Below, one piece after another: positions 24,512-32,824 of a stretch of DNA of 64,000 nucleotides. Made by a program: the position numbers and the translations under genes. Position 1 is the first letter of the stretch. The number at the start of each line of letters is the position of its first letter. The notes beneath the pieces are model-generated. The model ran no database searches. It worked only from the letters and a program-made list of their open reading frames with translations, and had not been told where the DNA came from. The DNA lies in contig CAWECD010000013.1 in assembly GCA_963807575.1 (NCBI GenBank), forward strand, positions 113,605 through 177,604, given 5' to 3'. The stretch comes from an uncultured Acidimicrobiaceae bacterium. Its GTDB lineage: Bacteria > Actinomycetota > Acidimicrobiia > Acidimicrobiales > Bog-793.

Positions 24512-25392
24512 CTCGCTCCTCCACTCCGGCTGCCTGACGCGGGCATGGCTTCGGCCGGCGCTTCGCGCTGGTCCATCCTCGTGTCCGAGGAGTGCACCGG
24601 GACAAGGCGACTGTCCTCGTAGATCTGGCCGTCGCGCAGCCGGACGATCCGACGCGCAAAAGAGGCGATGTCCTGTTCATGGGTGATGATCACGACTGTT
24701 CGGCCTTCGCGGTTCAGTCGACTGAAGATGGCCATGACCTCGTTGCTCGAGGCGGTGTCGAGGTTCCCGGTCGGCTCGTCGGCGAGGATGAGAGCAGGAG
24801 CCGTCACCAGGGCGCGGGCAATGGCGACGCGCTGCTGCTGACCACCGGACATCTCGCTCGGGAGATGATGGCTACGGTCCTCGAGGCCGACCTCGCGCAG
24901 CGCGGCCATGGCCCGCGCGTGCCGTTCCTTCGGCTTCACACCTCCGTAAGCCAGTGCGAGCTCCACGTTCGCCAGGGCGGTTGTGCGCGGGACCAGGTTG
25001 TAGTTCTGAAAAACGAAGCCGATCTTGCGGTTGCGGATGCGCGAGAGATCCGAGTCCTCGAGCTGGCGTACGTCCACGCCCTCCAACCAGTAGTAACCCC
25101 TCGTCGGCACGTCGAGGCACCCGATGATGTTCATCATCGTCGACTTCCCGGAGCCTGAGGCCCCCATGATGGCGACGAAATCGCCGGCCTCGACGCTCAG
25201 GGAGACCCGTCGCAGCGCATGAACTTCGACCTCCCCCGCCTTGTAGGTCTTCGTCACCGCCCGCAGCACGACGACTGGTCGTCTCCCTCCTGTGGGGAGC
25301 GGGCCCGCCGGGGCCGCAGTGACTCGAGATGGCAGGGCACGGAGGCCGTCAAGCGATTTGTCACGGTGGCCGAAGAACTGTCGAGGGCTCAT
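24508..25392 (-). CDS. ABC transporter ATP-binding protein (MacB/LolD-type)
   Basis: It has Walker A GASGSGKST, signature SGGQQQRVAIARAL and Walker B LILADEPTGNLD. Start and stop overlap the neighbouring genes. Confidence 0.9.
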   Translation of the reverse strand: MSPRQFFGHRDKSLDGLRALPSRVTAAPAGPLPTGGRRPVVVLRAVTKTYKAGEVEVHALRRVSLSVEAGDFVAIMGASGSGKSTMMNIIGCLDVPTRGYYWLEGVDVRQLEDSDLSRIRNRKIGFVFQNYNLVPRTTALANVELALAYGGVKPKERHARAMAALREVGLEDRSHHLPSEMSGGQQQRVAIARALVTAPALILADEPTGNLDTASSNEVMAIFSRLNREGRTVVIITHEQDIASFARRIVRLRDGQIYEDSRLVPVHSSDTRMDQREAPAEAMPASGSRSGGAS

Positions 25393-27593
25393 GGGACAGC
25401 GCCGCCGAAGCCGCCGCCGCCGGTGAAGCCGCCACCGCCGCCACCGAAGGTGCGTGTCGCTGTCGTCGTTCCTGTCGTACCTGCTGAGATCGTCGCGGTC
25501 GGCTCCACGAGCTTCTCGCCTGCCGTGACGCCGGTCAGGATCTGCGTCGTCGAGCTTCCCACCAGACCGACGGTCACACGCGTGGTGACCTGTTTTCCAT
25601 CCTTCAAGACAGTGACAGTCGAGGACAGGCCAGTGGTGGTCACCGCAGCGCTCGGGACTTCGAGCACGTTCGCCGCTGTGGCGACAACGACGCTCACGTC
25701 CGCGGTCATCCCATCCAAGACTGTCGCCGGCGGGTCCTTGAGCGTGATCGTCTCGTCATAGGTGACGACGTTGCTCGTGACCACCGACGTCGGCGAGATC
25801 GCCGTGACGACACCCGCGACCTCGGTGGAAGGAAGGGCTGCCAACGTCACGGTTGCCGGTTGACCGACGGCGATCTTCGTGGCGTCAGCTTCGGCGAAGC
25901 CGGCGACGACCTCGAGGTTCTTCAGGTCGTCGATTGTGACGAACCCGCTCGAAGACGACGAGCCCGACGACGATGAGGCGCTCGAACCGCTGGCGCCGCT
26001 GCCGGCCGCAGAAGCGGAGCTGCCTGCGCTCACCGTCTCATCGACCGTGCCATTGACCGCGGTCACCGTGCCGCTGATGGAGGCGGTGAGGACGGTCGCG
26101 TTGAGTGCGTCCTGGTCGGATGTGACGGTCTGCTGGTCCTGGGTGACGGCCTGCTCGTCCTGAACGATGGTGGCCGGGTTGACGGCCTGGCCTGCCACGG
26201 TGGCTGCCAAGCTGGCTTGTTGGAGCTGAATCGTCTGCTTCGCGTTCTGCACCGTCTGCTCGTCGGTGGCAATCGTGTTCCTGTCCGTCGTGCACGACCT
26301 GGTACCGGTGGTGAAGTACTCAGGCAAGCTGTAGGACGTTCCCTTGCTGTTGGATGCCACGAGGCGGAAGACATAGGAGCTTGCCGCGTGAAGACCGCGT
26401 ACCGCAACCGAGACTGTCACGCTCGTCGTACCGGCATCGAGGGTGGTCGGTGCGGTCTGCGACCCGTACAACGTGGTGGTGCCGTACTGGAAGAAGTAGG
26501 TCGTCTCAGCGCCGTTGGGGTCCACAGATCCCTCGAGACCGGCCGTCGTTGTCGTGACCGACGACGCAGACGAAGCAACGACCGAGGGAGCCGTCGCCTG
26601 GACGCTTCCCGAGTCAGAAATGCTGACGGCGTGGCTGGAGCTGGGGGGGGCGGTGGTGCCGGTGGAGCCGGTGATCGTGGTTGTCGTCGGCGCCTCGGTG
26701 GTGGTCGTGGTCGGTGCCGGCCTCGTTGTCGTGGTCGTGGTCGGCGCCTCGGTGGTGGTCGTGGTCGGTGCCGGCCTCGTTGTCGTGGTTGTGGTCGGCG
26801 CCTCGGTGGTGGTCGTGGAGCTGGCGCCGGTCGAGCCCGTGGTGCCGGTGGTGCTGCTACCGGTGGAGCTGCTACCGGTGGAGCTGCTACCTGTGCTGCT
26901 GGAACCAGTGCTGCTAGAGCCGCTGCCGGACGAGCTGCTGCCCGTGCCGGACGAACTGGCGCCCGACGAGCTGGCACCGGTGCCCGACGACGAAGAAGAG
27001 ACGGACGGGCAACCGAGCCTCTGGTCCGTAGCAAGCTGAGTCTTTGCGGTTGAAAGTGCCGACTGGTCCGAGCTGAGCTGTTCCTTGTCAGAGCTCAACT
27101 GGGCCTGCGCTGATGCGAGCTGTGACTTGTCCTGTGCGAGCTGCGACGCCGCGCCACCCTGCCGAGCCTGTTGCAAGGCTGTCTCGGCGCTTTGGAGATT
27201 CTCGACGGCGGTCTCGAGGTTTGCCCGCGCCGTAGTGGGGTCAAGCGTGCCGAGCACCTCTCCAGCCTTGACATGGTCCCCGACTGCGACGTCGACGGCG
27301 GTGACCGTTCCGCTGGTGCTGAAGTCCTCGTTGACGGCGGTGGCAGGGCTGATGTTGCCGGAGGCTGTGACACTTTCCTGGACGATGCCGCGCTGCACCG
27401 TGACGGTCCGGGCGATGCCGGCCGACGCGGAGCTGGTCTGGTAGATCGATCTCAGGCCGAATCCGGCGACCGCAGCCACCGCCAGAACGAGGACCCCGTA
27501 GAACACAACCTTGCGCCTTCGTCGCCCGGGAGGTACGCCAGGTGCCCCTTCCGCCGTCATGTCCGGACGCGACTTGCGAAAAATGGACCTCAC
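25389..27593 (-). CDS. HlyD/MacA/YknX-type membrane fusion (periplasmic adaptor) protein with large insertion
   Basis: 734 aa with an N-terminal TM anchor, a barrel-sandwich motif (GTVTAVDVAVGDHVKAGEVLGTLD), coiled-coil arms, a beta-barrel/MP domain and a Gly-rich tail. Residues ~195-434 are an extra Ser/Gly plus Pro/Thr linker and an FN3-like domain (see findings). Confidence 0.8.
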   Translation of the reverse strand: MRSIFRKSRPDMTAEGAPGVPPGRRRRKVVFYGVLVLAVAAVAGFGLRSIYQTSSASAGIARTVTVQRGIVQESVTASGNISPATAVNEDFSTSGTVTAVDVAVGDHVKAGEVLGTLDPTTARANLETAVENLQSAETALQQARQGGAASQLAQDKSQLASAQAQLSSDKEQLSSDQSALSTAKTQLATDQRLGCPSVSSSSSGTGASSSGASSSGTGSSSSGSGSSSTGSSSTGSSSTGSSSTGSSTTGTTGSTGASSTTTTEAPTTTTTTRPAPTTTTTEAPTTTTTTRPAPTTTTTEAPTTTTITGSTGTTAPPSSSHAVSISDSGSVQATAPSVVASSASSVTTTTAGLEGSVDPNGAETTYFFQYGTTTLYGSQTAPTTLDAGTTSVTVSVAVRGLHAASSYVFRLVASNSKGTSYSLPEYFTTGTRSCTTDRNTIATDEQTVQNAKQTIQLQQASLAATVAGQAVNPATIVQDEQAVTQDQQTVTSDQDALNATVLTASISGTVTAVNGTVDETVSAGSSASAAGSGASGSSASSSSGSSSSSGFVTIDDLKNLEVVAGFAEADATKIAVGQPATVTLAALPSTEVAGVVTAISPTSVVTSNVVTYDETITLKDPPATVLDGMTADVSVVVATAANVLEVPSAAVTTTGLSSTVTVLKDGKQVTTRVTVGLVGSSTTQILTGVTAGEKLVEPTATISAGTTGTTTATRTFGGGGGGFTGGGGFGGAVP
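26687..26818 (-). repeat. 54-bp tandem repeat, ~2.4 copies (encodes TTTTEAPTTTTTTRPAP linker units)
   Basis: Units at 26687-26740 and 26741-26794 are nearly identical, with a partial third copy to 26818. They are in frame inside the MFP gene. Confidence 0.85.
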
Positions 27594-27662
27594 TGCCGAT
27601 CCTGTCCTTTACTTACTCGTCGGGAGAGACAGGCGAACTGGGGCGACCAAGCACAAGGACCA

Positions 27663-28469
27663 TCAGCTTGTCGTCGATGTCGAGCTTGTTCCGGCCGGTG
27701 GGGTGAACTTCGGCACGAGACCGGCACAGGCGGCGAGCGCCTTCTGGACCGCAGTGCTCTTGGTTCCGACCGTGGTTGACGTGGTCGAACTGACCGCGCC
27801 GGAAGACCCGCTGGGCAAGGTCACGCCGTGGAGCTTCAGGCAGTTGCGGTAGGCGGCAAAGGCTGCGCTCGAAAGGCCGCCCGTCCCCGTGCCGTATCCC
27901 TTCGGCCGCAGGCTCGCACACGCGGCAAGCGCCTTTTGGACGGACGCGCTCTTCGTGTTGAGCGTCGTCGACGTGGTCGAGCTGGCAGTGCCGGAAGACG
28001 CAGCGGGCAACGTCACGCCGTGGAGCTTCAGGCAGTTGCGGTACGCGGCAGAGGCCGCGCCCGAGAAGCCGCCCGGCCTCGTGCCGAATCCCTTCGGGCG
28101 CAGGCTCGCGCACGCGGCGGACGCCTTTTGGAACGCGGAAGAGTTGAAGCTCCCACCCGACGGCAAGCTGCCGCCTGTGGGAAAGCTCCCACCCGTCCCG
28201 CCAAGTCCGAACCCACTGAACTTCACACCGTGCTTCTGCATGCAGGCGGCGTATGCGGTAGTCGACGCCTTCGAACTGTTGCTGGCACTTGTCGCGGCAC
28301 TCGTTGAAGAGGTCGTTGAGGAGCTCGCACTCGATGATCCGCCCCCGCACGCGCTGAGCGCGACTGAGCTGACGAGCGCTATGGCCAGCAAAGGAAACGA
28401 GACCCTCCGCACCGACCGGGACCGGGGCGCGGGTGATGACGGACTATTTCGGCGAACGGTTCCGCGCAT
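27663..28469 (-). CDS. Putative lipoprotein with three internal Cys-pair repeats
   Basis: The signal peptide has a lipobox-like LSAC (FPLLAIALVSSVALSACGG). AAGGGAG lies 8 nt before the ATG at 28469. The motif A.Y..C...HGV.L...(20-30 aa)...QKA..ACA.L.PK occurs three times, and the protein is Ser/Thr-rich. Confidence 0.6.
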   Translation of the reverse strand: MRGTVRRNSPSSPAPRSRSVRRVSFPLLAIALVSSVALSACGGGSSSASSSTTSSTSAATSASNSSKASTTAYAACMQKHGVKFSGFGLGGTGGSFPTGGSLPSGGSFNSSAFQKASAACASLRPKGFGTRPGGFSGAASAAYRNCLKLHGVTLPAASSGTASSTTSTTLNTKSASVQKALAACASLRPKGYGTGTGGLSSAAFAAYRNCLKLHGVTLPSGSSGAVSSTTSTTVGTKSTAVQKALAACAGLVPKFTPPAGTSSTSTTS

Positions 28470-28502
28470 ATTGGGAGCTCCCTTGAAAAATCAGGTTCCT
28501 CC

Positions 28503-28721
28503 TCATCCGACGTCGACGTTCGGATTGACAAGGAGCACAGAGCATAACGTCAGCTTCGGTGTCGGGGATGGGCGTGCAATGCAGCAACATGATTCTGGGT
28601 CTCGATTCTGAGAGCAAGCTGTGAACCAGTGGAGGATTGCCTGTGGCCGGCCCCCCCGCTCTGCCTCTCCCCGCTCACGTTGAGCAGGGGCAGTCGGCCT
28701 CCACAGCTTGGCGATGCTCAT
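28503..28721 (-). CDS. Questionable small Cys-rich ORF at head of the exporter operon
   Basis: 72 codons. GGAGGTGA lies 5 nt before the ATG at 28721, and the stop is 33 nt before the lipoprotein gene. The product contains ...DPESCCCIARPSP...LCSV. Codon third-position GC looks low for this genome, so it may be non-coding leader. Confidence 0.2.
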   Translation of the reverse strand: MSIAKLWRPTAPAQRERGEAERGGRPQAILHWFTACSQNRDPESCCCIARPSPTPKLTLCSVLLVNPNVDVG

Positions 28722-28809
28722 CGCCTCACCTCCAGGAGAACCTTTGGGTCCGATTCACGGTGCACGGACCGAGGTCCCGGCGTAAGAAGACAGCCCACGG
28801 CGTAGGACC

Positions 28810-28856
28810 GCGCAGAAAAGAAAGGAACCCCGGTCCCTTCACAGGACCGGGGTTCC
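28810..28856 (-). terminator. Intrinsic terminator after paralogue 2
   Basis: A perfect 13-bp stem (28824-28836 and 28844-28856, ggaaccccggtcc/ggaccggggttcc) has a 7-nt loop. On the minus strand it is followed by TTTCTTTTCT. Confidence 0.7.
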
Positions 28857-28894
28857 CATCACAGCTTGTTGCTAGGCGTCAGTCCCTCAGTTGG

Positions 28895-31543
28895 CTACAG
28901 CGGGAAGAGCGTCTGGGTTGCCGCAAAGTCCGTCAGGCTGCCGGTGGCGTACACCGCGTTTGCAGTGGAGCTCGTCGCAGGAGCGGTGTAGATGATGCTC
29001 GCACTTGCCGTACTAGCCGCGAAGGCTCCAGTCAGGGTCAGCACGGCGCCCACCGTTGAGCAGCCGGTGGCCACACCACCGCTGCTCACACCCTGGTAGT
29101 AGTACACGAAGTCGGCGTCAGCACCTGTTACCGGGCAGGTCACGGCCTCGCTGTAGGTGATGGCTATTGACGGCGCGGTTACGACCGCTGACACCATGGC
29201 CGGCACCGGCGCTGCCCCTAGCGCAAATGTCTGCGTTGCCGGGAACTGCGGGAAGACGTTGGTCGCGTGCACCTCGGTCGCAACGGCGGGCGCCGCAGGA
29301 GAGGTGTACACGAGCGTGTCTGTAGCGCCTGGCAGGACCAGAGTCGCTGCTATGGCGCCCGTAGTCGTGGTCATGAACGACGAAAGCGTCAGCGTGTTGT
29401 TGGCGTGCGCCGTGCACACAGACGGGTAGGCGGGGCTACCACCATTGCTGTACACAAACTCCGACTGAAGCGCGGTACCGCAAACCATGGTGTCGCCCGT
29501 GGTGTAAGTAACAAGGATCGAGCCGCTGGCACCAGGTGTCACGACCGCCGCCGTAATGGCCGGCGTCGACCACGCGCTCAGTGTCTGCGATGCGGCATAG
29601 AGCGCCGGTACCGAGCCGGTCGCGGATACCGATGCCGTTGAGCTGTTCGTCGCAGGAGCGGTGTAGACGATGTTCGCACCAGTCCCTGGCGGTTCGACGC
29701 CTGCCGCATCGGTCAGGGTCAGCACGTCAGCCGCACACGCGGCGGTGACGGTCGGCGCCCCTTCAAATCCGGACGCCACACCTGTGTAGTCGTACGCGAA
29801 GGCGGCAGGAACCGTACCCGCTGGGTCGCAGGTCACGCCTTCGTTGTACGTGATCACGAGCGTTGTCGCGGTCGTGTACGCCGACACCATGGCCGGCAGC
29901 GCCGCTGCCGTCACCGCGAGCGTCTGCGTTGCCGCAAACTCCGTCGCGTTGCTCGTGGCATACGCCGCGTTCGAACTGCTGCTCGCCGCAGGAGCGGTGT
30001 ACACGATGCTGCCACCAGTACTCCCTGGCAGGGTGAAGCCGGCTCCAGTCAGGGTCAGCACGTCACCGGACGTTGTACAGCTGTTGGCAGTGATCGTGCC
30101 ACCGGACGCTGAACCAGTCCAGTAGTACGCGAAGTCGCTGGAAGCAGCTGTCGGGCAGGACACGCCCTCGTTGTAGGTGATCGCGATTGATGTGGCGGTC
30201 ACGGCCGCGGACACCATGATCGGCCCAGCGGTCGAAGCCGTGAAGTACCCGAAGACGTCGATCGCGAGGTTGATCGTCGCACCGTGGCTGTTGTAGACAT
30301 CCACGTTGCCAGTACCGGCCGTGTCAGCGATCGTGAAGTTCGGGACGATCTCGTTGGCAACCCAGTTGAGGTCAGAGGCGACAGGGTTCGTCGCGGCGGA
30401 CGTCGGGTAAACCGTGAGGTAGCCAGCGGAATTGCCAGCAACCACCGTGAAGTTGGCCGCCACGGCAGCCGCGTTGGCGGGGATCCCGCTGGCGGCAGTC
30501 GCTAGGTTGAAGCTCGCCGATGCGTTCGCCGCGATCGGCGTCCCGGTACCTACCAAGCTGGCCGTGCGGGTATCGGCCACGCGGACCGGTGTGATCGGCA
30601 CGAAGTATGAGCCGGTGCCACCGCTGCCGGTGTAGTAGCCGTCGACGTCAACGTCAACGTTCACCGTGCCGGTGTGGTTGTAGACCTCGATCTGGCCGCT
30701 GGTGCCGACTCCGACCGTCACGCGGTTCGCGACGGCCTGTCCGGCCACGAAGTTGACGTTCGACGCGGTCGGCACAGGGGTCACGCCGGCCGGGTAGACG
30801 GTGAGGTAGCTCGCCGCCGTCCCGTGAGCGGCAGTCACGTTGACCACAACGGCGGTCGCGGTCGCAGGAACGGTCTCAGTTGCAGACAGAGCCCCTGTCA
30901 CTGTGACGGGCACGCTCGTGTTCGCCGCGATCGGTGCGCCCAACTGGAGGTTGCCAAGAGCACGCACAGGCGACATCGAGTTGTACAGCCCGCTGCCATT
31001 GGTCGACGGAGTGCTCGTGTAATAGCCATCCACGTCAACCACGACGTTCGTGCTGCCGGCATGGTTGAAGATCGACACCATGCCTGTAGAACTGAGCGGC
31101 ACAGTCACGAGGTTCGCCACGACCACGCCAGGCGTGAAGTTGAGGTTGGAGACAGTCGGCATAGTGATACCCGCGGGGAACACGGTAAGGAACCCGGAGG
31201 CCGTCGGGCTAACCGCTGTCACGTTGAGCACAGCTGCCGACGCTCCGGCAGGTACGGTGCCTAACCCGGTGACCTGCACATTCAGCATGGCGCCGGCGGC
31301 AAGGGTCCCGCCCGCGTTCGGCTGCCCGGAGTTCGCCCGAGTATCGGTGATGCGGAAGGGTGTCACTGGGACATAGGTGCCCATGACGGGCGCCGTCGCG
31401 TGTGGCGTAGTCGTAGCCGAAGCGGCTAGCGCGAGCGGGCCGAGGAGCATACCGAGAGCGGCAACGAGCGCCGTCGCCAGCCGGATCGGCATACGCCTAC
31501 CCGCCTTCTCGCCCATCGAGCCGTCACGAGATGATCTGAACAT
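28895..31543 (-). CDS. Large secreted repeat protein, paralogue 2 (4 N-terminal repeats + 4 SbsA-type Ig-like domains)
   Basis: 882 aa from the ATG at 31543, with RBS GGAGAGAAG. The track start is 31609. It has a signal peptide (MPIRLATALVAALGMLLGPLALAASA) and the same N-terminal module as paralogue 1. Four ~105-aa domains follow (I.YNEGV.CP...F.Y...G......C.....LTLTG....P......IVYTAPA), each with two Cys. Confidence 0.85.
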   Translation of the reverse strand: MFRSSRDGSMGEKAGRRMPIRLATALVAALGMLLGPLALAASATTTPHATAPVMGTYVPVTPFRITDTRANSGQPNAGGTLAAGAMLNVQVTGLGTVPAGASAAVLNVTAVSPTASGFLTVFPAGITMPTVSNLNFTPGVVVANLVTVPLSSTGMVSIFNHAGSTNVVVDVDGYYTSTPSTNGSGLYNSMSPVRALGNLQLGAPIAANTSVPVTVTGALSATETVPATATAVVVNVTAAHGTAASYLTVYPAGVTPVPTASNVNFVAGQAVANRVTVGVGTSGQIEVYNHTGTVNVDVDVDGYYTGSGGTGSYFVPITPVRVADTRTASLVGTGTPIAANASASFNLATAASGIPANAAAVAANFTVVAGNSAGYLTVYPTSAATNPVASDLNWVANEIVPNFTIADTAGTGNVDVYNSHGATINLAIDVFGYFTASTAGPIMVSAAVTATSIAITYNEGVSCPTAASSDFAYYWTGSASGGTITANSCTTSGDVLTLTGAGFTLPGSTGGSIVYTAPAASSSSNAAYATSNATEFAATQTLAVTAAALPAMVSAYTTATTLVITYNEGVTCDPAGTVPAAFAYDYTGVASGFEGAPTVTAACAADVLTLTDAAGVEPPGTGANIVYTAPATNSSTASVSATGSVPALYAASQTLSAWSTPAITAAVVTPGASGSILVTYTTGDTMVCGTALQSEFVYSNGGSPAYPSVCTAHANNTLTLSSFMTTTTGAIAATLVLPGATDTLVYTSPAAPAVATEVHATNVFPQFPATQTFALGAAPVPAMVSAVVTAPSIAITYSEAVTCPVTGADADFVYYYQGVSSGGVATGCSTVGAVLTLTGAFAASTASASIIYTAPATSSTANAVYATGSLTDFAATQTLFPL

Positions 31544-32105
31544 TCGCTTCTCTCCATTTCCAGGATTACTGCGTCTGTCTGAGCTGTCGCATGGCCCCTG
31601 TCTGACCACAACCGACCGCGCAAGCGACCAGCATCTAACCTAACCGCTCAATACAAATGGCCGGCACCTCTGCGCTCAGCCAGGTGACACGCTCCCCCCG
31701 GTTCTCGCCTCGTTCTGCACTGTTACAAGGAAGGATGGAACTCTCACAAGCTCTGGTCGGAAGCTCATGACGCGGTGAGCCACAGGTCAACTTCAGGCCG
31801 CTGACCCCCATTGTCGACGTTGGTGAAAGCCTTCATGAGTCACACCCAGTCTGAGCAGTCGTCCACCTGAACTCCGAGCGACTCATCGAGGTTGCACTCG
31901 GCTCGTGCATCACCACGGTCTGAGCACCGAGGCGTTCCTCGCGACGGCCGGAGTCCTGCTCTCTTGGGCGCACGGTCTCCCGGTTCCAGTGGATAACTTG
32001 CTCGCCGCCTATGGCACCAACGTGGTCCCCGCATTGACAGAGGTCGGCACGACCCTCGAACTGCTCAGCCGACTGGACCCACCCCGTCGCTAGGACCGGA
32101 GCGTC

Positions 32106-32690
32106 TCAGTGTGCGACTCGGTACCTGCTCAGCAGGGAGTCGACGTACCGACGGGTCACCCGGTCCAACTCCTTTGCTTCACGAAGTTCGTCTTCGCTGG
32201 GGGGCATGTCCCCGCCACCGGTCTCTCGGTCCCTGTCCACAGAGAACTGGGCGAAGGCGACCGTGTCGTCGCCGAATCCTTCCTCAATGTCGTCGCCCGC
32301 GTAGCACACGATGTAAGCCTTGAGCCAGTCCATCGCCTGCGAGAGCGCCTCGCGGTCAAGGGGTCCGAGTGGCATGGCCGGCTCGCGCTCTTCTGGGGTG
32401 AGTGGGTCCGCGATCGCCATCAGCTCATAGAGGGAGTCGAGGCCGTAGCCTTCGGCGAACCCCTTGAGCACACTCTCACACTCGTCCCAGGCGTCGTAGG
32501 CCTGCTCGACGCTCCAGCGCCCGTCGTAGAGCGCCGCGCAGGTGTCGTGCAGCCTGACCGCGATGCCGGGGTCGAGATGACCTGACGCCTCAAGGTAGTC
32601 ACTCGGGAAGTCCTCGCCTCGGCAGTCGAAGACCTCGGCGACCAGCCGCCCTCGTGGCGTCATGTCTGCCAGCTGCATCTCGTCACCCAT
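32106..32690 (-). CDS. Hypothetical acidic protein
   Basis: 194 aa from the ATG at 32690. The track start at 32708 is a TTG. It has no signal peptide or TM segment, is very acidic, and has good third-position GC. I recognise no family. Confidence 0.5.
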   Translation of the reverse strand: MGDEMQLADMTPRGRLVAEVFDCRGEDFPSDYLEASGHLDPGIAVRLHDTCAALYDGRWSVEQAYDAWDECESVLKGFAEGYGLDSLYELMAIADPLTPEEREPAMPLGPLDREALSQAMDWLKAYIVCYAGDDIEEGFGDDTVAFAQFSVDRDRETGGGDMPPSEDELREAKELDRVTRRYVDSLLSRYRVAH

Positions 32691-32747
32691 GGTCTCGCTG
32701 CCCTTCAACTCACGGTGCAGGCGTCGACCTCACGCTGTAGGGAACCG

Positions 32748-32796
32748 CCCCCGAAAAAACCGGAAGCCCCGGTCCCTTGTGAGGACCGGGGCTTCC
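32748..32796 (-). terminator. Intrinsic terminator after paralogue 3
   Basis: A perfect 14-bp stem (32762-32775 and 32783-32796, ggaagccccggtcc/ggaccggggcttcc) has a 7-nt loop. A TTTTTT run follows on the minus strand. It is homologous to the terminator at 28824-28856. Confidence 0.7.
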
Positions 32797-32824
32797 AACA
32801 CACCTTCCTAGAAGACGTTAGTTA

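Noticed and set aside
26217-27053. Arg/Gly-rich 278-aa plus ORF and Pro/Arg-rich 205-aa minus ORF (26417..27034)
   Set aside because: They are alternate frames of the Ser/Gly and Pro/Thr linker region of the MFP gene. The MFP frame is continuous with conserved domains on both sides.
31905-32093. 62-codon plus-strand ORF between paralogue 2 and the acidic protein gene
   Set aside because: It has reasonable third-position GC, but a GTG start with no visible RBS, no recognisable motif, and it lies in a region expected to hold the paralogue 2 promoter. The evidence is too weak to call.
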